This document shows, in pieces, positions 36,887 through 45,687 of a stretch of 64,000 bases of DNA. The translations under genes were made by a program, and so were the position numbers. The DNA is from an uncultured Pseudomonadales bacterium (GTDB lineage Bacteria > Pseudomonadota > Gammaproteobacteria > Pseudomonadales > Azotimanducaceae), in contig CAZWZH010000066.1 of the NCBI GenBank assembly GCA_964638775.1, positions 334 to 64,333 of the forward strand. The letters are read 5' to 3'. How positions within the stretch are numbered: the first letter of the stretch is position 1; the number at the start of each line of letters is the position of its first letter. The notes below the pieces were generated by a model. It saw nothing but the letters and a program-made list of their open reading frames with translations. It did no database searches and had not been told where the DNA came from.

Positions 36887-37246
36887 TGGCTATAATCCCG
36901 GCACTTAACCTTGAGCCTCCATTTTATCTAACCAGTCAATGGGTGCTCCCGGACGGATCGAAGTGGATCCATGTCGGCGCCACTCAGGGCCGCGGGCGCT
37001 ACGACAGGAACAACCGCTACGACAAGCCGAAAAAGGACGTCTAGCTGCGCCCCCTGCGCAAGGACTGGAAGCGCGTCCTCAACCGCTAGAATCCACTAGA
37101 ATCCGGCCCCGTCACGCGACCACGGAACGGTTACCACGGGAGTCACACCGTTCGCGTGATTTTACGCAACCGGGGACATGCCGGGATCGCCACCGCCGTC
37201 ACCGGGGCAATCCACGGTGAGATTCGTGACAGATGAACAATCAGCG

Positions 37247-37675
37247 TCAGAGCACGGCGCTCTCGAGCGGTTGGATGAAATGGATGCCGGGCACGACCTT
37301 GCGGCTTAGCCTCCGGTCGTTGGTGATGAAGATGTCCACGCCAACTGCGGATGCGCAAGCGAGCTGGATAGCATCCGGTGGCGCGATCGACCGGTCGCTG
37401 CGAATTCGAGCGAAGGCTGCCGCAGCGATGCGATCGAACGCCAATACGGTGGCCGCAGCGACAATCGCCTGTTCGTAACGACGAGCCAAGGTGTCGTTCC
37501 CTGCTTCAACGGGCCTTGCGAGAATCTCGCCCAGGGTCAGTGTTGAAGTGAGCAGTTCGTCGCTACGCTCGATCATTCGTCGGCGAAGCGAGACTACGGC
37601 GTCGGTGAGTTCGCCCTTGTCTTCGAGCAGATACACGAACAGGTTCGTGTCCCAGAAAACCCTGCTCATTGCCAA
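37247..37675 (-). CDS. vapC: PIN-domain toxin VapC
   Basis: 142 aa. FWDTNLFVYLLE (first acidic residue), LTLGEILA and DAIQLACASAVGVDIFITND match the PIN signature. Confidence 0.85.
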   Translation of the reverse strand: MAMSRVFWDTNLFVYLLEDKGELTDAVVSLRRRMIERSDELLTSTLTLGEILARPVEAGNDTLARRYEQAIVAAATVLAFDRIAAAAFARIRSDRSIAPPDAIQLACASAVGVDIFITNDRRLSRKVVPGIHFIQPLESAVL

Positions 37676-38148
37676 GCGTCCCGCTGCCGCCGAACGTACG
37701 CATCGGCGTCTTCACCGGCCCAGATCTCCTTGCCGAGACCGCGTAGAGCCAGTACGGGATCTTCGCCCCGGCCGCGAGTTCCTGCGTATTGGTTGTGGTA
37801 CCAGTCAATCAGGTCGCGGTATTCGGCCGGAACCGCGTCGCGTGCAGGGGTGTTCTTGGCGGCCGCTCGGCGCGGATGACAGGGGTCTCCGGGAACGTAC
37901 AGACGTCGTCGGCCGGGCGATGTCTCGAAGAGCATGCGGTAGTTCCCCGGATTGGGCGTCTTGTTGGCGACGCAGTGTTGATAGACGTGGATCTTGACCC
38001 CAGGACGCAGCGGTTCGCCGGTTATGCCAACCGACTCGGCTTCGTCCAGAATCTCCTTGATGGAAAAATCAGTTTGATCCGGGCGCCGTCGGTGAAGCGT
38101 CGCGGCGGCGAGCCAGACTTCGTCGGCCACTTTGATTGGTTGTACCAT
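37666..38148 (-). CDS. Cognate antitoxin-like protein, unusually long (160 aa), non-canonical N-terminal domain
   Basis: Overlaps vapC by 10 nt. The C-terminal tail DPVLALRGLGKEIWAGEDADAYVRRQRDAW is typical of PIN-partner antitoxins. The N-terminal ~95 aa (…FSIKEILDEAESVGI…VKIHVYQHCVANKTPNPGNYRML…) are neither AbrB, RHH nor Phd-like. Confidence 0.6.
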   Translation of the reverse strand: MVQPIKVADEVWLAAATLHRRRPDQTDFSIKEILDEAESVGITGEPLRPGVKIHVYQHCVANKTPNPGNYRMLFETSPGRRRLYVPGDPCHPRRAAAKNTPARDAVPAEYRDLIDWYHNQYAGTRGRGEDPVLALRGLGKEIWAGEDADAYVRRQRDAWQ

Positions 38149-38341
38149 GTTGTTTCTCTTAATATAAGAATTATTTGTACTACATACATAATTAAGAAAA
38201 ATTATCTGAGTCGCCCGGTGAAGTCAATGCCGGTTTTCGGAAGCCGATTGCGGAAGCCGCGACGCGGGGAGGGCTTGACCAGCAGGGTCAATCCAAGGCC
38301 GCCGCGGCCGTCGCCGTAGCGGCCAGGCAGCATGCTGAAGG

Positions 38342-38749
38342 TCAGTCGGGGAGAACGACCGTCGCGCTGCCTTCGAGCGGGTTGGCGGTTCCGTCGCGCT
38401 CGAGCCAGACATCGCAGTCCACCAGGGTTTCTCCGGCTTCCTCGCGCACGGCGGTGACCCGGCCCCGGGCGGTGATGCGGTCGCCGTCGAGCACCACCAG
38501 GGGAAAGCGCATGATCAGGCGCCGCAGGCACCTTGGCCCCGCCCAGGCGTGCAGCATGTTGACCATGTAGCTCAGGCCCAGCGGGCCCTGGTTGATGGTG
38601 TGCCTGCCGAAGCCGATCTTCTCGCAGACGTCGGGGTCCCAGTGCACGGGGTTGGGGTCGCGCAGGATGGCGGCCATGGTGCGCATCCGTTCGGGGCAGA
38701 CGCTCGGCATCACCCAGGGGGGGATCTCGTCTCCGACACGGATATTCAT
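38342..38749 (-). CDS. MaoC-like (R)-hydratase hotdog-fold protein
   Basis: 135 aa: ...ILRDPNPVHWDPDVCEKIGFGRHTINQGPLGLSYM... Confidence 0.85.
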   Translation of the reverse strand: MNIRVGDEIPPWVMPSVCPERMRTMAAILRDPNPVHWDPDVCEKIGFGRHTINQGPLGLSYMVNMLHAWAGPRCLRRLIMRFPLVVLDGDRITARGRVTAVREEAGETLVDCDVWLERDGTANPLEGSATVVLPD

Positions 38750-39216
38750 GGCCGGCTCCTGTTGTAGTGCCAGGTGATGGTGGTGCGCGCCGCGTGCCCG
38801 CCGTTTGGGTCGTGCAGGTCGAAGCGGAACTGGATGCGGTCGAAGGTGCGCTCGCCCTCGGTGCGGCGGTCCGCCTCGGTGACTTCCGCACTCACGCGGT
38901 AAAGCAGCTCTTCCCGGAGCGGTTCGTAGATTTCCCAGTCGTAGCTCTCGATGCCGATGGAGAAATCGGATTCGGCCTGCCCCAGGGCGAACATCTCGCC
39001 GATGCTGGTGTTGGCGCCGAGTATCGGCATATGGAACAGGGCCACCGGGTGGGCGAGCCCGTCGGGCAGCGGTTGGGCTCCGGTGCACTCCGTCAGCAGG
39101 AAGTTCTCCCAGTGGGCGATGGTGTATTCGCCGCCGGGAAAGCGGTGGCCGACCAGGGCGCGAATTTCTTCGGGGTCGGGCGCACCCCGGGGTGAGGCGG
39201 CTTGGGTATCGGTCAT
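38746..39216 (-). CDS. MaoC N-terminal-like hotdog-fold partner subunit
   Basis: ~156 aa from MTDTQAAS. 4-nt overlap with the downstream MaoC gene. Pattern FPGGEYTIAHWENFL...HPVALFHMPI. Confidence 0.7.
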   Translation of the reverse strand: MTDTQAASPRGAPDPEEIRALVGHRFPGGEYTIAHWENFLLTECTGAQPLPDGLAHPVALFHMPILGANTSIGEMFALGQAESDFSIGIESYDWEIYEPLREELLYRVSAEVTEADRRTEGERTFDRIQFRFDLHDPNGGHAARTTITWHYNRSRP

Positions 39217-39416
39217 GGGCAATCCTGTTGTGATTGAAGGCTGCGTTGCCGGGCGCCACGGGATTGCAGGGCCACCGCTCACGGCGGTGAGTCCGGCGGG
39301 CGCTCACCGGTGGCGTTATTCAAACCGAGGGCCGACGGCGCAGTCAACGCCGAATGCCGTCCTCGAACCGGTGCCCCAACTGGCGTATCGTGCCCCGTTT
39401 CGGCCGCTTGCCACAC

Positions 39417-39929
39417 ATGCAAACCACCCTGATCGTAGGCGGAGCCCGGTCGGGCAAGAGCCGCCGGGCGCTGCAACTCGCGCTGGAAACCGGCGGGCGG
39501 CGAACCTTCATCGCGACCGCGGAGGCAACTGACGCGGAGATGGCGGAACGGATCGGGCGTCACCGCGCCGAGCGTGGCGTTGCGTTCACGACGCGGGAAG
39601 AGCCGCTGGACCTCGTCAATGCACTCGAAGCCGAGGTATCGCGTGACGGGATCGTCGTCGTCGACTGCCTGACCCTCTGGCTGTCCAATCTGATGCACGA
39701 CGGCCGCGATGTGGTTGCCCAGGCCGATGCGCTTGTCGCGCTTCTTTCGCACTCGCCCGGGCCGATCATCCTGGTTTCCAATGAAGTCGGCACGGGCCTC
39801 GTGCCGGAGACGCGCCTCGGCCGGGAATTCCGCGATGCGCAGGGCGAACTGAACCGTGAGGTGGCTGCCGTCTGCGAGCGCGTTGAGTTCATGGTCGCGG
39901 GGCTGCCGCTGACGGTGAAGCCGGCCTGA
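39417..39929 (+). CDS. cobU: Adenosylcobinamide kinase / adenosylcobinamide-phosphate guanylyltransferase
   Basis: MQTTLIVGGARSGKSRRA (P-loop) ... VVVDCLTLWLSNL ... ILVSNEVGTGLVPE. Confidence 0.9.
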   Translation: MQTTLIVGGARSGKSRRALQLALETGGRRTFIATAEATDAEMAERIGRHRAERGVAFTTREEPLDLVNALEAEVSRDGIVVVDCLTLWLSNLMHDGRDVVAQADALVALLSHSPGPIILVSNEVGTGLVPETRLGREFRDAQGELNREVAAVCERVEFMVAGLPLTVKPA

Positions 39930-39999
39930 CGGGCCGGCACCGTTCAACGATCTCCTGTCGCGAGCGCCGCTTCTCGACATCCGGCAATGGAGCGACCCG

Positions 40000-40791
40000 T
40001 CACAGCGGCCCCTCGATTTCGATCCGGGTGCCCTCTACGCGCCCACGCACGCCGTAGATTTCCGCCAGCCGGGCTGGGGTAAGGGTCTCTGCGGGCGGTC
40101 CGTCGGCAACGATGCGACCGTCCTTCATCCAGATGAGACGGGTCGAGTAGCGCCTGGCCAGCGTTACGTCGTGCAGCACCACCAGCGCGCCGCCGCCTGC
40201 GTCCACGAACGCCCGGATCAGGTCCATGACCCGGAACTGGTGGTACGGGTCCAGTTCCGCCACCGGTTCGTCGGCGATCAGGAGCGGCGCTTCCGCGGCG
40301 AAGGCGCGCGCGCAGTGCACGCGGGCGAGTTCCCCGCCCGATAGAGTCGCCGTCGACCGCCCCGCAAGTTCGACCAGGTCGCAGGCGGCCAGTGCCCGTT
40401 CGACGGCGTCCCGGTCGGCGCCACGCAGGCGCCCGAGAGCCGCACCGTGAGAGAAGCGCCCCAGCGCGACCACGTCGCGTACCGGGTTCGGCCAGGCCAG
40501 GGGACGGTTCTGGGGAAGGTATGCCAGGAGGCGGGCCCGCCTGCGGGGCAGCATTTCCGCCGTGTCCCTGCCATCGATTCGGGCCTGCCCGGCCGAACGC
40601 GCCGCCAGGCCGATTGCGCCCCGAAGCAGCGTTGTCTTGCCGGCCCCGTTCGGGCCGAGCAGGGCGACCAGTTCGCCCGCCCGCAGGCTGAACGAGGCGT
40701 CTTCAACCAGCACCGTTCCGCCCGCTTCGAGCGTCAGGCCGGAAACCTGCAATCCGCTTTCGGTTTGCGAAAGATTCATGCGAGTTTCCAA
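40000..40791 (-). CDS. btuD: ABC transporter ATPase, FecE/BtuD type
   Basis: Walker A LLGPNGAGKTTLL, signature LSGGELARV, Walker B LLIADEP. Confidence 0.85.
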   Translation of the reverse strand: METRMNLSQTESGLQVSGLTLEAGGTVLVEDASFSLRAGELVALLGPNGAGKTTLLRGAIGLAARSAGQARIDGRDTAEMLPRRRARLLAYLPQNRPLAWPNPVRDVVALGRFSHGAALGRLRGADRDAVERALAACDLVELAGRSTATLSGGELARVHCARAFAAEAPLLIADEPVAELDPYHQFRVMDLIRAFVDAGGGALVVLHDVTLARRYSTRLIWMKDGRIVADGPPAETLTPARLAEIYGVRGRVEGTRIEIEGPL

Positions 40792-40855
40792 CCCGGTCGG
40801 CCGAGACGCTGTACGAGACGCTGTAGTGGAAGGAACAACACCGAATCTCGGGAAA

Positions 40856-40964
40856 GAGTTCGCATGCGGCGCTTCCCTTTCGGCGCGTTAAGCTCGTCCG
40901 AAAGCCTTTTGTCCTGCTGGACAATGTGGCCGTGCGCCGAAAGGGAAGCGCCGCATGCGAACTC
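40856..40964. repeat. Perfect 31-bp inverted repeat with a 47-nt spacer in the btuC-btuD intergenic gap
   Basis: gagttcgcatgcggcgcttccctttcggcgc (40856-40886) is the exact reverse complement of 40934-40964. Confidence 0.9.
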
Positions 40965-40977
40965 GCTGCCGGTGGCG

Positions 40978-41982
40978 TCAGTCATGAACGGTGCGCCGCT
41001 GCATGGCGATCCAGATGAAGGCGGGCGCCCCGATCAGCGCCGCAACCACGCCGAGCTTGAGTTCGCTGACCGTGGGCACGAGCCGCACGCCGATATCCGC
41101 CAGCACCAGGATCAGCCCGGCCAGCAGCGCGGACGGCAGCAGCGAGCGCGCCGGGTCGTGGTGGACCAGGGGCCGGACGATATGCGGCGCGACAATGCCG
41201 ACGAAGCCGATGATGCCGGCCAGGGCCACCGCGGCGCCGGTGGCGAACCCCGTGCCGAGCACCACCAGCAGGCGTTGCCGGGCGAGGTTCAGGCCGACCC
41301 CGCTGGCTGCTTCCTCGCCCAGCGTCAACGCGGAGAGGCCACGCCGGGCAGTGAACAGTATGACCAGCCCGACGATCAGGAAGGGCGCGGCGAAAGCCAG
41401 GTCAAGGAAGCTGCGATTGGCTACGGAACCCAGCATCCAGTTGACCATGTCCGCCAGCGAGAACGGGTTCGGGGAGAGATTCATCAGCAGGTTCATCGCC
41501 GCGCCGGCGAAGCTCGACAGGCCCACGCCGATCAGTATCAGCGTAACCGCGGAGGCGGTACGGAGCGCCGCGAGCGCGATCAGCCCCGTGCCGGCCAGAG
41601 CCCCGGCAATCGCCGCCGTCGGCATCGCCCAGGCGCTCAGCGCCGCGAACCCGTAGTAGAGCGCTCCGGTGGCCCCGAGGGAAGCCACTGCCGACACGCC
41701 GAGCACGCCGGGCTCGGCGAGCGGGTTGCGCAAGAGGCCCTGCAGCGCGGCGCCGCTCGCACCCAGGGCGGCGCCAACCGCGAAGGCGGTCAGTGCCCGC
41801 GGCAGCCGGATGTGCACCACAACCAGTTGATCCCCGGCCCCACCGCGCCCGAGCAGCGCGGCAAGCACCCGTTCTGCATCCATCGGCGTCGAGCCGAGCA
41901 GGCAGGCGGCAAACAGCGCCGCCATCGAGGCCAGCGTCAGCCCGGCCAGTGCGGGAAATGCCGATGTGGGGCCGGCCCTCAC
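40978..41982 (-). CDS. btuC: FecCD-family ABC permease (BtuC type)
   Basis: 334 aa, polytopic. Motifs LLGSTPM, VHIRLPRAL, AAVALAGIIGFVGIVAPHIVR. 4-nt overlap with btuF. Confidence 0.9.
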   Translation of the reverse strand: MRAGPTSAFPALAGLTLASMAALFAACLLGSTPMDAERVLAALLGRGGAGDQLVVVHIRLPRALTAFAVGAALGASGAALQGLLRNPLAEPGVLGVSAVASLGATGALYYGFAALSAWAMPTAAIAGALAGTGLIALAALRTASAVTLILIGVGLSSFAGAAMNLLMNLSPNPFSLADMVNWMLGSVANRSFLDLAFAAPFLIVGLVILFTARRGLSALTLGEEAASGVGLNLARQRLLVVLGTGFATGAAVALAGIIGFVGIVAPHIVRPLVHHDPARSLLPSALLAGLILVLADIGVRLVPTVSELKLGVVAALIGAPAFIWIAMQRRTVHD

Positions 41983-42950
41983 GGGGCGATGTCACCGTTT
42001 GGGATAGCTCCCGCGGCCTGCCCCAGCGCTTCCACCGCATCCATCAGGAACCAGGCCCCACAGGCTGTCCAGGCTCCCTCGATCGAAACCACGGTGCGCC
42101 CGGCGAGCTGGGCCCGGGCCACGGGATGCCGGGCGGGGCTCCAGCCGTTGGGGTGGTCGGTGAGGCTCCCGAAAAACGCCGCCGCGATCAGGTCCGGCTG
42201 TTCGTAGGCCAGGCGCTCAAGGGGAATCGGCCGCCAGCCGGGCCGGGCCTGAAAGTTGCCCAGGCCCGCGGCGACGAGCATTTCATGGATCAGCGATCCC
42301 GGCCCCGAGGTGACGCCTGCCGGGGTCATGTAGAGAGCGTCAGCGCGCGGTGGGCTGCCGGCCAGGGCCGCCAGGCGGCCGAGCATCTCCGTGGCGACCG
42401 ACTGGCCCTCAGCGTCGGAGCCGAGCGCCCGGGCCGTCTCCCTGATCGTCCGCAGAATAGCCGGGAAGTCCTCGGCCCAGCCCACGTTGTGCACTGGTAT
42501 GCCAGCCCTCGCCAGCGCCACCGGCGCCTGTGGACCGCCGCCGTAGGAACGCACTACCATGTCGGGTTTCAGCACGATCACGTCCTCGGCCACCGGCCTG
42601 ACCGTGGGCAGGCCCGCCGCCCGATCCCGCATGTAGGAGAAATCCCGCTCCGCGTCGGGCGAGACCGCCAGAATGCGCTCTCGCTCCGCAAATCTCAGCA
42701 CGTACTGATCCGCACAGAAGTCGAGGCTAACGATGCGCTGCGGGAGCCCGGCGCCGGCGTGGGATTCAGCGGCCTCCATGCCGCATCCGCCAATGGTGCA
42801 AACAACACCGAGGATCACGGCGGCCGAGCATAGCCTTGCCGGTGACCGCGTCCTGTGAGGCGCATGTCCCTGACTCACGGTGATTGCCCGAGCATGCGGC
42901 GGTGATTCATGCGAGTCGGGAACCCGGCGCGCCCGGACGAGGACGCGCAA
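41979..42950 (-). CDS. btuF: Periplasmic cobalamin/siderophore-binding protein (BtuF type)
   Basis: Lipobox-like VVCTIGGC, then RIVSLDFCADQYVL...VVLKPDMVV. The start codon is uncertain. Confidence 0.75.
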   Translation of the reverse strand: MRVLVRARRVPDSHESPPHARAITVSQGHAPHRTRSPARLCSAAVILGVVCTIGGCGMEAAESHAGAGLPQRIVSLDFCADQYVLRFAERERILAVSPDAERDFSYMRDRAAGLPTVRPVAEDVIVLKPDMVVRSYGGGPQAPVALARAGIPVHNVGWAEDFPAILRTIRETARALGSDAEGQSVATEMLGRLAALAGSPPRADALYMTPAGVTSGPGSLIHEMLVAAGLGNFQARPGWRPIPLERLAYEQPDLIAAAFFGSLTDHPNGWSPARHPVARAQLAGRTVVSIEGAWTACGAWFLMDAVEALGQAAGAIPNGDIAP

Positions 42951-42982
42951 GGAACAGAATCCCGCTGGGAGAGAGTAGGTGT

Positions 42983-43073
42983 GGGGTACGGGTATCCGGT
43001 ACCTTTAAAGCACCCCTGCACCCTCGAATTCCACGACAACGCGTCCGCTTGGCGTACCGGATACCCGTACCCC
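42983..43073. repeat. Perfect 20-bp inverted repeat with a 51-nt spacer between btuB and btuF
   Basis: ggggtacgggtatccggtac (42983-43002) is the exact reverse complement of gtaccggatacccgtacccc (43054-43073). Confidence 0.9.
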
Positions 43074-43184
43074 ATACCTGCTCTCGGTGCCTGATCGAAG
43101 CAATCTTTCGGTACGCTTGTTCCAAAAATAACATTTAATTCAATCGCTTGAGGAATTGTTCCATCCAAGTCGCGACGCTGCCGT

Positions 43185-45104
43185 TCAGTACCGCCACCGA
43201 ACGCCCACCGAGCCGGAGAGGCCCGGCGTGCCGTAGCCGAGAATCTGCTGGTAGTGCGTATCGAACAGGTTCTCGATGCGCCCGAACAGCTCGAGTCTTT
43301 CGGAAAGCGCGTAGCGGGCGTTGATGTCGACGCGCGCCCAGTCGTCCAGGCGGCTGCCGTCGCTGTTCGTCTCGCGGCCGTTGAAGCGTAGCAGTACGGT
43401 CCCGGAGAAGGGGCCGGACGGATCGAAGCTGAGCGCCAGGTCGCCGGAGTGCCTGGGCAGGTGACGCAGCGCGGTGCCGTCACCCTCTTCGGCCCTGATG
43501 TAGGCGTAGTCTGCCGACAGGGCAAGCGCGTCGGTGAGGTTCCAGCCGGCGGACACTTCGATGCCCTTCGAATCCACCTCGTCGATGTTCTGGTAGCCGC
43601 CGATTGCAAACGAGAAGTCGATCAGGTCTTCGGTGTCCTGCCTGAACCAGGTCACGCCGATATGCCCGAGCCCGCTGTCCGGACGCCATTCGGCTCCGAA
43701 GTCGACGCCCTCGGAGCGTTCCGGCCGCAGGGCATCGTTGGCCGCGGGGGCACCGCAGCAGAAGAACGTTGTCTGGAATATCGTCGGCGGCTTGAATCCC
43801 TGGCCCCAGCTTGCGCGGAGCGTCAGGTTCGGGACGGGGCGGACCGCGGCCGCGACGCGGCCGGTGGTCTCCGCGCCGAAGCGCTTGTGGTCGTCGGCGC
43901 GCAGGCCGCCCGTGAGCGTGAGCGCCTCGAAGGGCTGCCACTCGTATAGGGCGAACAGGCCGTTGATGGAACTGTCATTGCGGCTCGCGGACGATTCCTC
44001 GCGCTCGGCGCCCACCACCAACGTGTTGCCGGAATCGACGGTCAGCGTGCCCTGGTACCGGAACAGCGTGCGCTCCCCCCTGGCGTCGAAACTCTTTGCG
44101 CCGTTGCTGAAATTCTCGCGGTCGATCCCGGCATGGCCCACCAGCAGGAGACTGTGGAACCGCTCGCCGAACAGGGGGGCTTTCAGCGCCACGTGCCCGG
44201 ACAGCTCTTCCGTCCTGCTGAGTTCATCGCCGTCGCCCACGTTGCCCTGGGCGCCGAAGTGAAAACTGTCGAACTCGGTATCGGAGTCGTTCCACAGCAG
44301 GCTGCCCTCGAGGCGGGCGCCCCCCGGGAGGTTCAGCCCGCCCCGGGCAGACAGCGTGAGCGATTCGAGGCCGTCGTCCTCCGTGTTGCCGTTGCGCGCA
44401 TCGGCCCGGGACACGCCGTCGGTGTTCAGCCGCGTGGCGGCGAGCCGGAAATCGCCGGCGCTGCCGCCGTGGCCAAGCGAAGCCCCGGCGCGCAATGCGC
44501 CGTGCGAGCCGCCCTGCGCGAACAGGCTGCCGCCGAGTCCTTCTCCCGGCCGCCTGGTGGTGATGGAAACCACGCCGCCGATGGCGTCGGCGCCCCACAG
44601 CGTCGACTGCGGACCGCTCAGGATTTCCACGCGTTCAATGTTCTCGGTGTCGAGCCGCGCGAAGTCGAAACCGCCGCCGGGCGAGGAGGCATCGTTGACG
44701 GACACGCCGTCGACCAGCACCAGCGTCTGGTCGCTGGACGCGCCGCGAATGCGCACGGTTGCGGAACCGCCGAACGAGCCGTTCTGGTTGACGGTGACGC
44801 CCGGCGCCCCGGCGACGGCATCCAGGGCATGCGAGAAACCGAGCGCCGCGATCTCTTCCGCATCGATGATGTGCACCGTCGACCCGGTTTCCGCGACGGT
44901 CTGCCCGATGCGCGTTCCGGTGACGATGATGGTGTCGATGCGAACCCGGTCTTCGCCGTCTGCCGGCGGTTCGGCAACGGCGGCCGCGGTCGCGGACGCG
45001 ACCACCAGCCCGCATATTGCACAAGGGGCCGCGATGATCGCGCCGGAACCTGCCCAGGTGCGTGCGCTCGCGGCCGGAAGCCGCAGCAGGGGGTTGCGTG
45101 GCAT
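43185..45104 (-). CDS. btuB: TonB-dependent outer-membrane cobalamin receptor
   Basis: TonB-box/plug DTIIVTGTR, a plug domain, and a C-terminal beta-barrel ending ...GVRWRY. It lies directly downstream of a cobalamin riboswitch. The likely start is MPRNPLL at 45104. Confidence 0.9.
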   Translation of the reverse strand: MPRNPLLRLPAASARTWAGSGAIIAAPCAICGLVVASATAAAVAEPPADGEDRVRIDTIIVTGTRIGQTVAETGSTVHIIDAEEIAALGFSHALDAVAGAPGVTVNQNGSFGGSATVRIRGASSDQTLVLVDGVSVNDASSPGGGFDFARLDTENIERVEILSGPQSTLWGADAIGGVVSITTRRPGEGLGGSLFAQGGSHGALRAGASLGHGGSAGDFRLAATRLNTDGVSRADARNGNTEDDGLESLTLSARGGLNLPGGARLEGSLLWNDSDTEFDSFHFGAQGNVGDGDELSRTEELSGHVALKAPLFGERFHSLLLVGHAGIDRENFSNGAKSFDARGERTLFRYQGTLTVDSGNTLVVGAEREESSASRNDSSINGLFALYEWQPFEALTLTGGLRADDHKRFGAETTGRVAAAVRPVPNLTLRASWGQGFKPPTIFQTTFFCCGAPAANDALRPERSEGVDFGAEWRPDSGLGHIGVTWFRQDTEDLIDFSFAIGGYQNIDEVDSKGIEVSAGWNLTDALALSADYAYIRAEEGDGTALRHLPRHSGDLALSFDPSGPFSGTVLLRFNGRETNSDGSRLDDWARVDINARYALSERLELFGRIENLFDTHYQQILGYGTPGLSGSVGVRWRY

Positions 45105-45299
45105 TGGATCCCTCCTCACCCCGGCGGGGTGCGTTGTAATGACAAAGCCGGCCCGCCAGCCATGGCGGGCGCGGCGCTCCACTCAAGTGTCGTTACGAGG
45201 GATCCTTCAGCCGGGGAGCGCGAGGGGCTTGCCCCGCGCAGCAGGATGAAGGGCACCATCGGTGCTCTTTCCCGTTCGCGGGCAATGTGCCCGGCCCCC

Positions 45300-45650
45300 G
45301 AACGAACGACGCGATGGCAGGTCTCCTGGCTCGCCGATCCGCGCTTGGGGCCGCCTTCCCGGAGATGCCTCCAGTGGCTCAGCCCAACCTATTCATGAAT
45401 AAACTACTGTGGCCGTCAATAGCAGCGAAATCACTGCGCGTGCTCCCGCCGCGTGCTCAGCGTGCTATCAAGCACGCCTCCGCGCGCTCTGGTCCGCGCC
45501 ACTCAGTGCTTTCACTACTCTTGCCAGCCTCGCTACGTTCATTCACAAATAGGTCGGGCTAATGGCCGCAAGCTCCTGGCTTACAGTTGCGGGTACAGCC
45601 CCGGATTTCCACCGGGTTCCCTTTTGGCCGCCCGCCGGGCGGCACCATCT
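45300..45650 (-). promoter_or_regulatory. Cobalamin (AdoCbl) riboswitch with an enlarged internal region
   Basis: The minus strand reads GGTGCCGCCCGGCGGGCGGCCAAAAGGGAACCCGGTGGAAATCCGGGGCTGTACCCGCAACTGTAAGCC (45646-45578). It then reads GCCACTGG..GGGAAGGC and the B12 box GCCAGGAGACCTGCC (45330-45316). It lies 5' of btuB. Confidence 0.85.
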
Positions 45651-45687
45651 GCGTGCATTGTCGGAATAGCGGGCGCGGTGTCAATAG

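Noticed and set aside
36939-37220. 93-aa ORF, plus an alternative frame ending ...QWVLPDGSKWIHVGATQGRGRYDRNNRYDKPKKDV-stop
   Set aside because: There is no start codon or recognisable family. It is likely a 3' scrap of a lost gene between the structured element and vapC.
39279-39980. 233-aa minus-strand ORF opposite cobU
   Set aside because: The plus strand encodes a canonical CobU with a P-loop. The minus-frame product has no motifs.
40447-42833. Long plus-strand ORFs (40447-42207, 41793-42833) across btuD/btuC/btuF
   Set aside because: They are antisense to three well-supported ABC transporter genes and have a low-complexity Arg/Gly/Pro-rich translation.
44133-45398. 421-aa plus-strand ORF across btuB and its leader
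   Set aside because: It is antisense to the TonB-dependent receptor and the riboswitch, and it has no motifs.
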